Positions 41,998 through 50,858 of a stretch of 64,000 nt of DNA are shown one piece after another (position 1 is the first letter of the stretch; the number at the start of each line of letters is the position of its first letter). Under the pieces are notes generated by a model that was not told the DNA's origin, made no database searches, and saw only the letters and a list, made by a program, of their open reading frames with translations. Position numbers and translations under genes: made by a program. Source of the DNA: an uncultured Acidobacteriota bacterium (lineage in GTDB: Bacteria; Acidobacteriota; Vicinamibacteria; Vicinamibacterales; CAVVIG01); contig CAVWHY010000004.1 in assembly GCA_963754955.1 (NCBI GenBank), positions 11,516 to 75,515 on the forward strand, in the 5' to 3' direction.

Positions 41998-43217
41998 CGG
42001 CGCACACCAGCCTGATCGGCCGGCATCACGGCGACCTCGCCGAGGAAGCTCGTGCCGTGCGGCAGTTTCCCGACTCCGAACAATTCGGCCAGTGTCTGCC
42101 CGAGGTCCGCGAACGTCAGTCGCGTGCCGAGGTCGGTGCCGGCCCGCACACGCGCGCCGGCGACCAGCAACGGCACGTGCTCGCGCGAGTGATCGGTGCT
42201 CGGCGTGGTTGGATCGTTGCCGTGATCGGCGGTCACGACGAGCAGATCGTCCTCGCGCAGCCGCGGCAGCAGCTCGGCAAGGCGCGCGTCGAACCGTTCG
42301 AGGTTGGCGGCGTACCCTGCCACGTCGTTGCGATGCCCGAATCGGGTGTCGAAATCGACCAGGTTGGCGAACACCAGGCCGCGCCCGGTCGCTTGCACCT
42401 GTCGCATGACCTCGTCCATCCCCTCATCGTCGCTCGCCGTGTGCACGGCCTTCGTCACGCCGCGGCCGGCAAACAGATCCTCGATCTTGCCGATCGCCAC
42501 GACGGGGAGCCCGGCGGCTTTGATGCGATCGAGCAGCGTCTCCCCGCGCGGCGGCAGCGCGTAGTCGTGGCGATTGGCCGTCCGCGTGAAGCTGCCGGGC
42601 GTTCCAATGAACGGGCGGGCAATGACACGGCCCACGCCCAGGCCCTCTCCCACCAGCTTGTATGCAATCTCGCACGCGCGATACAGCTCCGGCACCGGCA
42701 CGACCGCCTCGTGGGCCGCGATCTGAAAGACGCTGTCGGCGGACGTGTAAACGATCAAGGCGCCAGTCCGCATGTGCTCCGGACCCAGCTCGTCGATGAT
42801 CGTGGTTCCCGACGCTGCCTTGTTGCCGAGAACCGCACGGCCGGTCTGACTGGAAAATTCCGCGATGATGCGATCCGAAAATCCATCCGGAAATACCGGG
42901 AACGGCTCGTCCAGCACGATGCCCATCATCTCCCAGTGCCCTGTCACGGAATCCTTGCCGGCCGATGACTCCTGCATCCGGCCGATCGCAGCCAGTGGAC
43001 CGGGGCGCGCGGGCGCTCCGCCCATTGCTCCGAGATCGACGAGGCGATCGAGGCCGAGCGACCGCAGCGTCGGAAGGCGCAGGGGCACTTCGCGGGCTAT
43101 GTTGCCAAGGGTGTTGCTGCCAAGATCGCCATAGCGATCGGCATCCGGCAATTCACCCACGCCGACGCTGTCGAGCACGATGACGATGGCGCGGTTGAAG
43201 GGGGGCACGGGAATCAA
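41994..43217 (-). CDS. deoB: phosphopentomutase
   Basis: ORF, 407 aa. VLDSVGVGELPDADRYGDLGSNTLGN, ADHGNDPT motifs. TTG start. Confidence 0.9.
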   Translation of the reverse strand: MIPVPPFNRAIVIVLDSVGVGELPDADRYGDLGSNTLGNIAREVPLRLPTLRSLGLDRLVDLGAMGGAPARPGPLAAIGRMQESSAGKDSVTGHWEMMGIVLDEPFPVFPDGFSDRIIAEFSSQTGRAVLGNKAASGTTIIDELGPEHMRTGALIVYTSADSVFQIAAHEAVVPVPELYRACEIAYKLVGEGLGVGRVIARPFIGTPGSFTRTANRHDYALPPRGETLLDRIKAAGLPVVAIGKIEDLFAGRGVTKAVHTASDDEGMDEVMRQVQATGRGLVFANLVDFDTRFGHRNDVAGYAANLERFDARLAELLPRLREDDLLVVTADHGNDPTTPSTDHSREHVPLLVAGARVRAGTDLGTRLTFADLGQTLAELFGVGKLPHGTSFLGEVAVMPADQAGVRR

Positions 43218-43218
43218 T

Positions 43219-43300
43219 GCAGAACGAAGGACGCGGAACGTCGAGGTCTGTCCGCTCCCTCCACTCTACGTTCTACGTTCTACATTCTACGTTGTCTTCG
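43219..43300. repeat. hairpin J, ACGTAGAA/TTCTACG family; right arm encodes the MiaA C-terminal residues
   Basis: gcagaacgaaggacgcggaacgtcgagg // ctctacgttctacgttctacattctacgttgtcttcg. The miaA stop (43273-43275) lies inside the right arm. Confidence 0.7.
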
Positions 43301-44214
43301 AGCCACCTTAACACCGAGCCAGTCGTGGCCGACGACTCGCCCGGACCCTCGAACCAGGTGAGGCCGGGTTCCTTGCGGAACCACACCAGCTGGCGCTTCG
43401 CGTAGCGGCGGTTTTCCTGGACGATGAGCGCGCGTGTGGCGGGCTCGTCGCGTACGCCGTGCAGGTGTTCGAGCGCCTGGCGATACACCAGCCCGCCGAA
43501 CGGCCGCGCGTGTTCCGGCACGCCTTTCGCGAGCAGCGCCCGCATCTCGTCGAGCAGGCCGCGCGCGAACTGCTCGTCGACGCGGCGGGCAACCCGCGCG
43601 GCCAGTTGCGCCGCCGGCAGCGTCAGCCCGATTGCCCGCACGTCCATGTCGGGAATCGGCGACGCGGTGTCGGCGAAATGCTCCGTCAGCGGACGGCCGG
43701 TGATGAGATATACCTCCAGCGCACGGACGATCCGCTTCTGATCGCGCGGCTGAATCCTGGCCGCCGCCGCCGGATCGATCCGCCGCAGCATCCGGTGCAG
43801 CCGTTCGACGCCCCGCTTCGCCGCGATCGCGTCCAGGCGCACCCGCAAGTCGGCGTCGCGACCGGGGCCGGGAAAGAGGCCGCGCGTCAGCGCGCGAAAG
43901 TAAAAGCCCGTCCCGCCGGCGACAATCGGCAGCCGCCCGCGCGCGTGAATATCGCGGATGATCGCCGAAGCATCGCGCGCGTATTGCGCCGCCGTGTACT
44001 CGCCGTCCGGATCGACGATGTCAATCAGGTGATGCGGGATGCCGCGGCGGTCCACCATCGGCAGCTTGTCGGTGCCGATGTCGAACCCCCGGTAGACCGC
44101 TGTCGAATCGCAGTTGATCACTTCGCCGCCGAAGCGCTCGGCGATCGCCAGCGACAGCGCGCTCTTGCCGGTGGCGGTCGGCCCGAGCACCGCGACAACG
44201 AGCGGGCGCGTCAC
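43273..44214 (-). CDS. miaA: tRNA dimethylallyltransferase
   Basis: ORF, 313 aa. VLGPTATGKSALS P-loop, ..IPHHLIDIVDP.., GGTGFYFRAL. Confidence 0.9.
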   Translation of the reverse strand: MTRPLVVAVLGPTATGKSALSLAIAERFGGEVINCDSTAVYRGFDIGTDKLPMVDRRGIPHHLIDIVDPDGEYTAAQYARDASAIIRDIHARGRLPIVAGGTGFYFRALTRGLFPGPGRDADLRVRLDAIAAKRGVERLHRMLRRIDPAAAARIQPRDQKRIVRALEVYLITGRPLTEHFADTASPIPDMDVRAIGLTLPAAQLAARVARRVDEQFARGLLDEMRALLAKGVPEHARPFGGLVYRQALEHLHGVRDEPATRALIVQENRRYAKRQLVWFRKEPGLTWFEGPGESSATTGSVLRWLEDNVECRT

Positions 44215-44288
44215 CGTACGCGAAAGATCACGTACGCGATGAACGCCGCCAGCAGCATCACCAGGCCGCGCTGCTGCGACCGGGTCAT
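44211..44288 (-). CDS. possible 25-aa single-TM micro-protein (MTRSQQRGLVMLLAAFIAYVIFRVR)
   Basis: ATG overlaps the tonB stop (ATGA) and its stop overlaps the miaA start. It exactly fills the gap. No homology evidence. Confidence 0.25.
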   Translation of the reverse strand: MTRSQQRGLVMLLAAFIAYVIFRVR

Positions 44289-45247
44289 GGCGGGGACTCG
44301 TTGTAGAAGAACGTGACCGTGAAGAACGCCTTGTCCGCCGGGTACTCCGGCGGCAGCGGCGTCGTCGGGTTCGAGCCCGACAGCGCGCCGAACGCGGCGT
44401 TGTTGAACGCCTCGATCGGGCACGGGCCGACGACGGTGAGATCGGTGATCGTGCCGTCCTTGTGGACGTTGAACGTGATCACGACGTGGCCTCGCATCGA
44501 CATCGACGAGTAGGGCACGAACCAGTTGCGCTTCACCTGCGCGATGAAGCGGCGAATCCACGGCCCGAATTCCACGCCCTTCGAGTCGAACTGAATCTCG
44601 GGACCGAAGCCGCCGCCGTTGCCGCCGGGGTTTTCGAACTGCTCACGCGGCACGTAGCGCTGCAGGTTCCGAAGCGCGTCGCCGAGCGATCCACCCGGCA
44701 CCTGCGAGCGGCCGCCGGCGCCGTTCTGCGAAGGCGTCGACTGCGGCGCCGGAGGCACGGGAAGATTCATCGCGGACTGCGATTCGGGCAGGGGCACCCG
44801 GGCGTCGTTCTGCGCCTGCTGCCCCTGCTGCGGTTCGGGCGCGGGACCCTGGCCTCGCGCCGGAGCCGGCGGCGGGGGCGCCTCCACGCGCTCCGGCGTG
44901 TTGCCGCGCGAGTACGGGAGCGGGTTCGTCGGGTTCGGCGCGCGCTCAGGCGCGCGCGCCACGCGGTCCTTGTCAGAATTGGGCGCCTTCGGCGGCGGCT
45001 TCAGCGCCGCGAGATCGTTGCGCGGCTGAATGAAAACGAAACGCGTGTCGTCCGGCTGTTTTGCCTGCAGCAGCGCGGCGCGGGCCTGCGCGGCCTTGGC
45101 GTCGAACGGAAACAGTTTCGGGAACACCAGGATGAGGATGACGACAACGAGGTGGAAGATGATCGAGAGAAGAACGCCCTCGCGCCAGGAAATCGCGCGT
45201 CCGACGGGCGTGATGTCGGGACGATAGTCGTCGATCTCGAAGTACAT
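44285..45247 (-). CDS. TonB-family energy transducer
   Basis: ORF, 320 aa. N-terminal TM (LLSIIFHLVVVILILVF), Pro-rich spacer, TonB_C-like end (GHVVITFNVHKDGTITDLTVV..). Confidence 0.8.
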   Translation of the reverse strand: MYFEIDDYRPDITPVGRAISWREGVLLSIIFHLVVVILILVFPKLFPFDAKAAQARAALLQAKQPDDTRFVFIQPRNDLAALKPPPKAPNSDKDRVARAPERAPNPTNPLPYSRGNTPERVEAPPPPAPARGQGPAPEPQQGQQAQNDARVPLPESQSAMNLPVPPAPQSTPSQNGAGGRSQVPGGSLGDALRNLQRYVPREQFENPGGNGGGFGPEIQFDSKGVEFGPWIRRFIAQVKRNWFVPYSSMSMRGHVVITFNVHKDGTITDLTVVGPCPIEAFNNAAFGALSGSNPTTPLPPEYPADKAFFTVTFFYNESPP

Positions 45248-45261
45248 CAGGTAGTTAAGTC

Positions 45262-45267
45262 AGTATA
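45262..45267 (-). promoter_or_regulatory. candidate -10 box TATACT for tonB (minus strand), 14 nt before the ATG
   Basis: Minus strand reads gtTATACTgacttaactacctgATG. Confidence 0.3.
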
Positions 45268-45272
45268 ACAGC

Positions 45273-45356
45273 GGGGGCTTGGGGCCAGAGGTTGGAGGCC
45301 GGGGCATGGAGGCATATCAGGCCTGCCAGCCCTGGCCCCCAGCCTCTAGCCCCTGC
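45273..45356. repeat. hairpin K, GGGGCC/CCAGAGGTT family; right arm contains the ubiE stop
   Basis: gggggcttggggccagaggttggaggccggggcatggaggc // gcctgccagccctggcccccagcctctagcccctgc. Confidence 0.7.
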
Positions 45357-46056
45357 GGGCCGTATACAGATAGACGCTGCCAAACGTCATTGGGTCGGCC
45401 GACACGTCACGAAATCCAACATTCCGTAGAAGAGTTGTGAATGCATCGGGCGACGCGAACGCGCCGACCGACGCCGGCAGGTAGCCGTACGCCGCATCGT
45501 GCCGCGAAACGGCGCGGCCGATGCGGGGCAGTATGTGACGGAAATATGACAGGTAGACCGTTCTGACCAGCGGAGTGGTGGGAATGGCGAACTCCAGCAC
45601 GACGAGCCGGCCCCCCGGCCTGAGCACGCGCAACACGTCGCCCAACGCCATTTGCGGATTCTCGACATTGCGGATGCCGAACGCGATCGTGACGGCGTCC
45701 ACCGACGCGTCGGCGACCGGAATGTGCATCGCGTCGCCTCTGGCCAGCACAATCCCGCCCAACGAGGCCCGGCGGACCTTCTGCGCGCCAATCGCCAGCA
45801 TGGCGCCGGCGAAATCGACGCCGACCACGCGCGCCGCCGGTGGCCGCGCCTGTCTGGCCGCGATGGCGAGGTCGGCCGTGCCGGTGCACAGATCGAGCAC
45901 GCGCTCCCGGCCGGTCAGGCGGAGCGATCGAATCGCCCGGTTCCGCCAATGACGGTCGATGCCGACGCTCAGGAGGTGATTGAGGAAATCGTAGCGCGGC
46001 GCGATCGCGTCGAACATCCCCGCGATGCGGTCCGGCTTTTTCGAAACGTCGATCAC
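45346..46056 (-). CDS. ubiE: demethylmenaquinone / ubiquinone C-methyltransferase
   Basis: ORF, 236 aa. MFDAIAPRYDFLNHLLSVGIDRHWR and VLDLCTGTADL SAM motif. GTG start. Confidence 0.9.
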   Translation of the reverse strand: MIDVSKKPDRIAGMFDAIAPRYDFLNHLLSVGIDRHWRNRAIRSLRLTGRERVLDLCTGTADLAIAARQARPPAARVVGVDFAGAMLAIGAQKVRRASLGGIVLARGDAMHIPVADASVDAVTIAFGIRNVENPQMALGDVLRVLRPGGRLVVLEFAIPTTPLVRTVYLSYFRHILPRIGRAVSRHDAAYGYLPASVGAFASPDAFTTLLRNVGFRDVSADPMTFGSVYLYTARRG

Positions 46057-46099
46057 AGCCCTCTTTGAGAAACCTGGTAGCTGAATTGATACGGCTGTA

Positions 46100-46129
46100 C
46101 ATCACGAAGGCGCGAAGAAGCACGAAGAC
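46100..46129. repeat. one-armed array L, three CACGAAG-type units
   Basis: catcacgaaggcgcgaagaagcacgaagac in the ubiX-ubiE gap. Confidence 0.6.
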
Positions 46130-46168
46130 AAACCGTCGTCCGGACCGGCACGGTTGCTGTGAAAGTGA

Positions 46169-46795
46169 TCAGGACCCGACCTGGCCGGTCCAAACGGGGT
46201 AAAGCTGGTGCTCGAAGCCGACCGCGCTCAGGATCTTTCCAGCCATGAAGTCGGCGAGGTCGTCGAGCGTCTTCGGCAACTGATAGAAGGCCGGCATCGC
46301 CGGCAGCACCATCGCGCCGGCTTCGGCGCACAGCACCATGTTGCGCAACGCCGGGAGGCTCATCGGCGTCTCGCGCGGGACAATCACGAGGGGCCGGTGC
46401 TCCTTGAGCATTACGTCCGCGGCGCGCTCGACGAGATTCCGCGAGAGGCCGTGGGCGATGCCGGCCAGCGTCTTCATCGAGCACGGCACGACGATCATGG
46501 CCGTGCATCCCTGGCTGCCGCTGGCGATCGTCGCCCCGAGATCGCGGTTGCTGTGGAGCGTGAACGCGCCCGCGTTCACCTGCGGGCCGTACTTCGTCGC
46601 GAGATACTCCATCAGCCGATCCACCGATGCGCCTTCGCCGAGTTCGTCGCGCAGGAGCCGGCGTCCGTAGTCGGACACGACCAGCTCCACGTGAACGCCC
46701 CGCGAGAGGAGCTCGGCCAGCGTTCTGACGGCGTAGAGCGCCCCGCTCGCCCCCGTCACGGCCAGCGCAACCGAACGATGCGGCTCACCCGCCAT
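46169..46795 (-). CDS. ubiX: flavin prenyltransferase UbiX (MqnM-like in futalosine context)
   Basis: Within ORF 46169..46816. ALAVTGASGA.., PCSMKTLAGIAHGLSRNLVERAADVMLKEHRPLVIVPRETP. ATG 46795 chosen. Confidence 0.9.
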   Translation of the reverse strand: MAGEPHRSVALAVTGASGALYAVRTLAELLSRGVHVELVVSDYGRRLLRDELGEGASVDRLMEYLATKYGPQVNAGAFTLHSNRDLGATIASGSQGCTAMIVVPCSMKTLAGIAHGLSRNLVERAADVMLKEHRPLVIVPRETPMSLPALRNMVLCAEAGAMVLPAMPAFYQLPKTLDDLADFMAGKILSAVGFEHQLYPVWTGQVGS

Positions 46796-47643
46796 AGACC
46801 GCCACCGCCAGGACAATCAGATACAGGATGCCGACGTATCCGTTCATGTCGAATGCGCGCTTGACCTGCGAGAGGTCGTCAGCGCTGACGAGTGACTGTT
46901 CGTACACCAGCAGCGCAGCAACCAGCGACGACGCCGAGCTCGTACCACGCCGGCAGCGGCGTCACCAGCGGCAGCGCGAGCAGGCACGCAACGGTGACGA
47001 CGTGCATGCCGCGCGAGATGGCGAGCGAGCCGGCGACGCCGAACCGCACGGGAATCGATCGAAGGCCGTGCGCGCGATCGAAGTCCACGTCCTGGCACGC
47101 ATAGAGGACGTCGAATCCTCCGACCCACGTGCCGATCGCCAGCGCCAGCAGCCACGGCTCCCAGCCGCCGCGCCCGCCAACGGCGAGCCACCCGCCCACC
47201 GGCGCCACGGCCATCGCCAGCCCCAGAAACATCTGCGTCCAGGTCGTGTACCGCTTGGCCAGCGAGTACCAGAACACAATCGCCAGCGCCACCGGCGACA
47301 GCGTGAAGCACAGGGGGCTCAGACGCCACGACGAGTAGGCGAACGCGATCGACGCGACCACGACAAACAGCGCGGCTTCGCGCATCGACATCGCGCCGCG
47401 CGGCAATTCCCGGTTGGAGGTTCGCGGGTTGAGCGCGTCCATCCGCGCATCCACGACCCGGTTGAATCCCATGGCCGCGCTGCGGGCCGACACCATGGCC
47501 GCGAGAATCCAGCCCAGCGTGCCCGCCGTGATCGGCGCCTGCCGCGAGGCCAGGAGCGCGCCCGCCAACGCGAACGGCAGCGCGAACACCGAGTGGCTGA
47601 ACCTGACGAACGATAAGTAGGTACGGAGGCGCGTGAACATCAT
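46785..47643 (-). pseudogene. UbiA-family polyprenyltransferase (MqnP-like); one frame break (~46915-46925)
   Basis: ORF 46879..47643 (NRVVDARMDALNPRTSNRELP..). The expected C-terminus AALLVYEQSLVSADDLSQVKRAFDMNGYVGILYLIVLAVAVYGG lies in the next frame and ends at TGA 46785-46787, overlapping the ubiX start. Confidence 0.8.
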
Positions 47644-48849
47644 TCGAGCCAGTGGATCTGTCCGGGCTGCACGCCCGACACCAGGTATTCTTCCACATCG
47701 TCGGTCCGCGACGGGAGGTCGACGGCCAGCAGCCGTGCCCGCTTCCCCGCCTCAATCGTGCCGAAGTCGGCGTCGAAGCCGAGCGCGCGCGCACCCTGCC
47801 GCGTGGCGCTCTCGAGCAGGGCCGACGGCGGCACTGACGGCGCGAGCGCATGCAGCGTCGCCACCTCGGCGAACACGCTCAAGTCCGGCGTGCTCGCCAG
47901 GCTGTCGGTGCCGATGGCCACGCGCACACCGGACCTGTAGAAGTCCTCGATTGGCGGCACGCCCGCGCCCGTGTGCCCGTTGCTGCGCGGACAGGTGACG
48001 AGCGTGGTGCCGCGCGACGCGAGGCGCGCGAGATCGTCCGGCGACATCTGCACGCCGTGCACCGCCAGCACGTGCGCGTCGAGAAAGCCGTTCTCGTCCA
48101 GATACTGCACGGGGCTGCCGCCCGGGGCCGTCCACGCGGGATCCCAGGATCCGAGTTCTTCGAGCAGCGTGCGCCACGGCCCGCCGGCGGTCCGAATGAA
48201 TTCCGTCTCTTCCGCCGACTCCGACAAGTGCACGCTGCACGGCGCGAACGCATCGCGGTCGACATCCTTGCGGATCGCGCGGAATACCAGCGGCGCAACT
48301 GAGTACGGCGCGTGCGCCGCCAGGCTGGCCCTGACCATGGCCGACGGCGTCAGCGCCGCGATCTCCCGCACGGGCGCGTTCGACGACGGCTTCGGGATCG
48401 GGCGCGTTGAACTTGACGATCTCGTAGAACACGACGGCTGCCAGCGGACTGCACGCCAGCGGCGCGAAACTCGCGAGCGTGTTGCTGATATCACCGACCA
48501 CGGCGGTCCCGCACGCCACCGCTTCAGCCACGGCGCGGTTGACCGCCGCGAGGATCTCGGGGCTCCCGGCATCGGCCGGCTGCCGCCGCGCGGCGAGCAG
48601 GCCGCGAATCCACGTGACGAACTCCGTGGCCGGCGCGACCTGATCGCGCAGGTACGACAGCTCGAGGTGTGTGTGCGCGTTCACAAGGCCGGGCATTACG
48701 GCCACCTGGCCGAGGTCCACCTCGTGAACGTCGTCCGGCGCGGTGCGGTGGCCGGTCGCGAGGATGCGGCCGCGATCGACCGTGACCCACCCATCGCGAA
48801 CGGGCCGCCCGTCGATGGGTACAACCCAGGCGGCGTGATAGCGAATCAG
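47640..48849 (-). pseudogene. amidohydrolase (candidate aminodeoxyfutalosine deaminase); one frame break (~48375-48395), no canonical start codon
   Basis: ORF 47752..48720 (VMPGLVNAHTHLELSYL) and ORF 47640..48572 (..HLSESAEE..AIGTDSLAST..) join near ..PDPEAVVE|APVREIAALTPS. A conserved N-terminal beta-segment (IRYHAAWVVPIDGRPVRDGWVTVDRGRILATG) extends to 48849, right after the mqnC stop. Confidence 0.75.
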
Positions 48850-50064
48850 TTAGGGCCTCGCGGCCTTCCCGGCGCGGCTCCGGGCAGGATAGAAGCGCAG
48901 CTCTTCGGGCACGTGCGTGTCACCCGCCTCGCGCGCGGTGGCAAGCTCCAGCATCCGCGGCACGTCGCGTTCGCGGAAAATCGGGTCGCCGAGCACCTCG
49001 TAGTGCATGTTGCGGCGCTTCGCCGCGAAGCCGGCGTCCTCGATGTTGCGGACGATCTCGAGCTCGTCCATGCAGTAGCTCGCGCCGGCGGCCCTGACGA
49101 CGTTCTCTTCGATCATCACGCTGCCCATGTCGTTCGCGCCGTACGCGAGGCTCAACTGTCCGACTTTCCCGCCCTGCGTCACCCACGAGGCCTGCAGGTT
49201 GTCGAAGTTGTCGAGCACGATCCGCGCGATCGCGAGCGTGCGCAGGTAATCGACGCCCGTGGCCTCGGTGCCGGACAGCTCGGTGTGATCCGGCTGATAG
49301 CTCCACGTGATGAACGCCGTGAACCCGCCGGTTTCGTCCTGCAGATCGCGAAGCCGCATCATGTGCTCGATGCGCTCCTCGTCGGTCTCCACGGTGCCGT
49401 ACATCATCGTCGCCGTGGTGCGCAGGCCCGCGCGATGGGCGTGCCGCATCACATCCAGCCATTCGTCAGCCGTCGCTTTGGTGTAGCAGTGCAGGAGCTT
49501 GCGCACGCGATCGACGAGGATTTCAGCGCCGCCGCCGGGAATGCTGTCGAGCCCCGCCGCGATCAGCCTGTCGATCACGACGGGCACGGGCAGCTGGGTG
49601 AGGCGCGAGAGGTGAATGACTTCGGGCGGCGACAGCGCGTGGAGCTTGAACGACGGATACCGTTCCTTGACCGCCCGGAACAGGTCCTCGTACCACGACA
49701 TCGGCAGGTCTGGATTGTGCCCGCCCTGCAGCAGCAGCTGCACGCCGCCGACCGCAATCGTTTCGTCGATCTTACGGAACAGCTCGTCGAAGCCGAGCAC
49801 GTAGCCGTCCGGCGATCCGACGGGGCGGTAGAACGCGCAGAAGTTGCACTTCGCCACGCAGACGTTCGTGTAGTTGACGTTGCGGTCGATGATGTAGGTG
49901 ACGAGCCCTTCGGGGTGTTTGCGGGCGCGAATGCCGTCGGCGAGGCCGCCGAGGACCGGCGTCGGCGCCGAGCGATAGAGGTCGAGCGCCTCGGCCGCGT
50001 CCAGCCGGGCGCCTGCCTGCACTTTCTCCACGAGCCGCGTGATGTTGGCCGGGTTCGCTGGCAT
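48850..50064 (-). CDS. mqnC: radical SAM menaquinone-biosynthesis enzyme, MqnC-like (cyclic dehypoxanthinyl futalosine synthase)
   Basis: C-terminal 404 codons of ORF 48850..50988, starting at ATG 50064. DRNVNYTNVCVAKCNFCAFYR (CxxxCxxC) and VQLLLQGGHNPDL. The MqnC versus MqnE call rests on the LLQGG motif only. Confidence 0.75.
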   Translation of the reverse strand: MPANPANITRLVEKVQAGARLDAAEALDLYRSAPTPVLGGLADGIRARKHPEGLVTYIIDRNVNYTNVCVAKCNFCAFYRPVGSPDGYVLGFDELFRKIDETIAVGGVQLLLQGGHNPDLPMSWYEDLFRAVKERYPSFKLHALSPPEVIHLSRLTQLPVPVVIDRLIAAGLDSIPGGGAEILVDRVRKLLHCYTKATADEWLDVMRHAHRAGLRTTATMMYGTVETDEERIEHMMRLRDLQDETGGFTAFITWSYQPDHTELSGTEATGVDYLRTLAIARIVLDNFDNLQASWVTQGGKVGQLSLAYGANDMGSVMIEENVVRAAGASYCMDELEIVRNIEDAGFAAKRRNMHYEVLGDPIFRERDVPRMLELATAREAGDTHVPEELRFYPARSRAGKAARP

Positions 50065-50858
50065 CAGAAAAACCGGAGGCCCTCCGAGGTCGGCGCCACG
50101 TCGATTTCCGCCGCATACCGATAGAACAGCTCCAGGCCCGCCTGTTCCTCGGCGCCTAAATGGTACTTGATATTCTCGCGCAGGTAGCGCATCCCGACCG
50201 CCTGCCGGCCCGGCGTGTCCCTCAGGTACGCGCAGGCGACCTCGTCGGACGCCGCCACGCCCGCGTCCCGTGCCCGCTGCAACGCTTCGACGTCCCCCGG
50301 CTCGAGCAGCGCCCGGCCGGCCGGCCCAGAAGGCATAGACGAATGGCAGACCGGTCAGGTCCGTCCAGGCGCTGCCGAGATCTATCACCTCGACCGGCAG
50401 CTTGTGCTCGACCTTCGGCTGAAACAGCGCGTTGTCGCCGATGATCAGGGCGGCGTCACACCGTCCCAGCATCTGCGACAAATCCGGCCCTGCCGGTTCT
50501 ATCGCGGGGCTGATTTTGAACAGCCGCGCGCACAGGACGCGCACCAGCGCGACCGACGTGCGCGAGCTGACGTCCATCGCGATCGACCGGACGTCGGCCA
50601 TCGGTTTCGACGTAAACAGCAGCGACCGACGCCACCGGTCCGCGCGAGGCGATGGCGAGGTCGGGCACGATGGCATACGGGCCGTCCCCGCAGGTACTCG
50701 ATGGAGGGAATCAGTCCGAGGTCGATCGCACCGTCGTGAAGGAGCGACGCGCAGGTGGACGGCACGTCGAAGCGCAGCAGGAATCGCAGCGAGCGGTCGA
50801 GACCGTACACGAGCGGACGCGCGTTGAGGTACCCCACCGCGCCGAGACGGACCATCAT
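50064..50858 (-). pseudogene. mqnA: chorismate dehydratase MqnA; 3 frame breaks (~50685, ~50625, ~50315)
   Basis: MMVRLGAVGYLNARPLVYGL.. (ORF 50499..50858), then GPYAIVPDLAIASRGPVASV (50456..50668 frame), then LLFTSKPMADVRSIAMDVSSRTSVALVRVL.. (48850..50988 frame), then ..ALLEPGDVEALQRARD..YRYAAEI (50064..50336). Confidence 0.8.
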
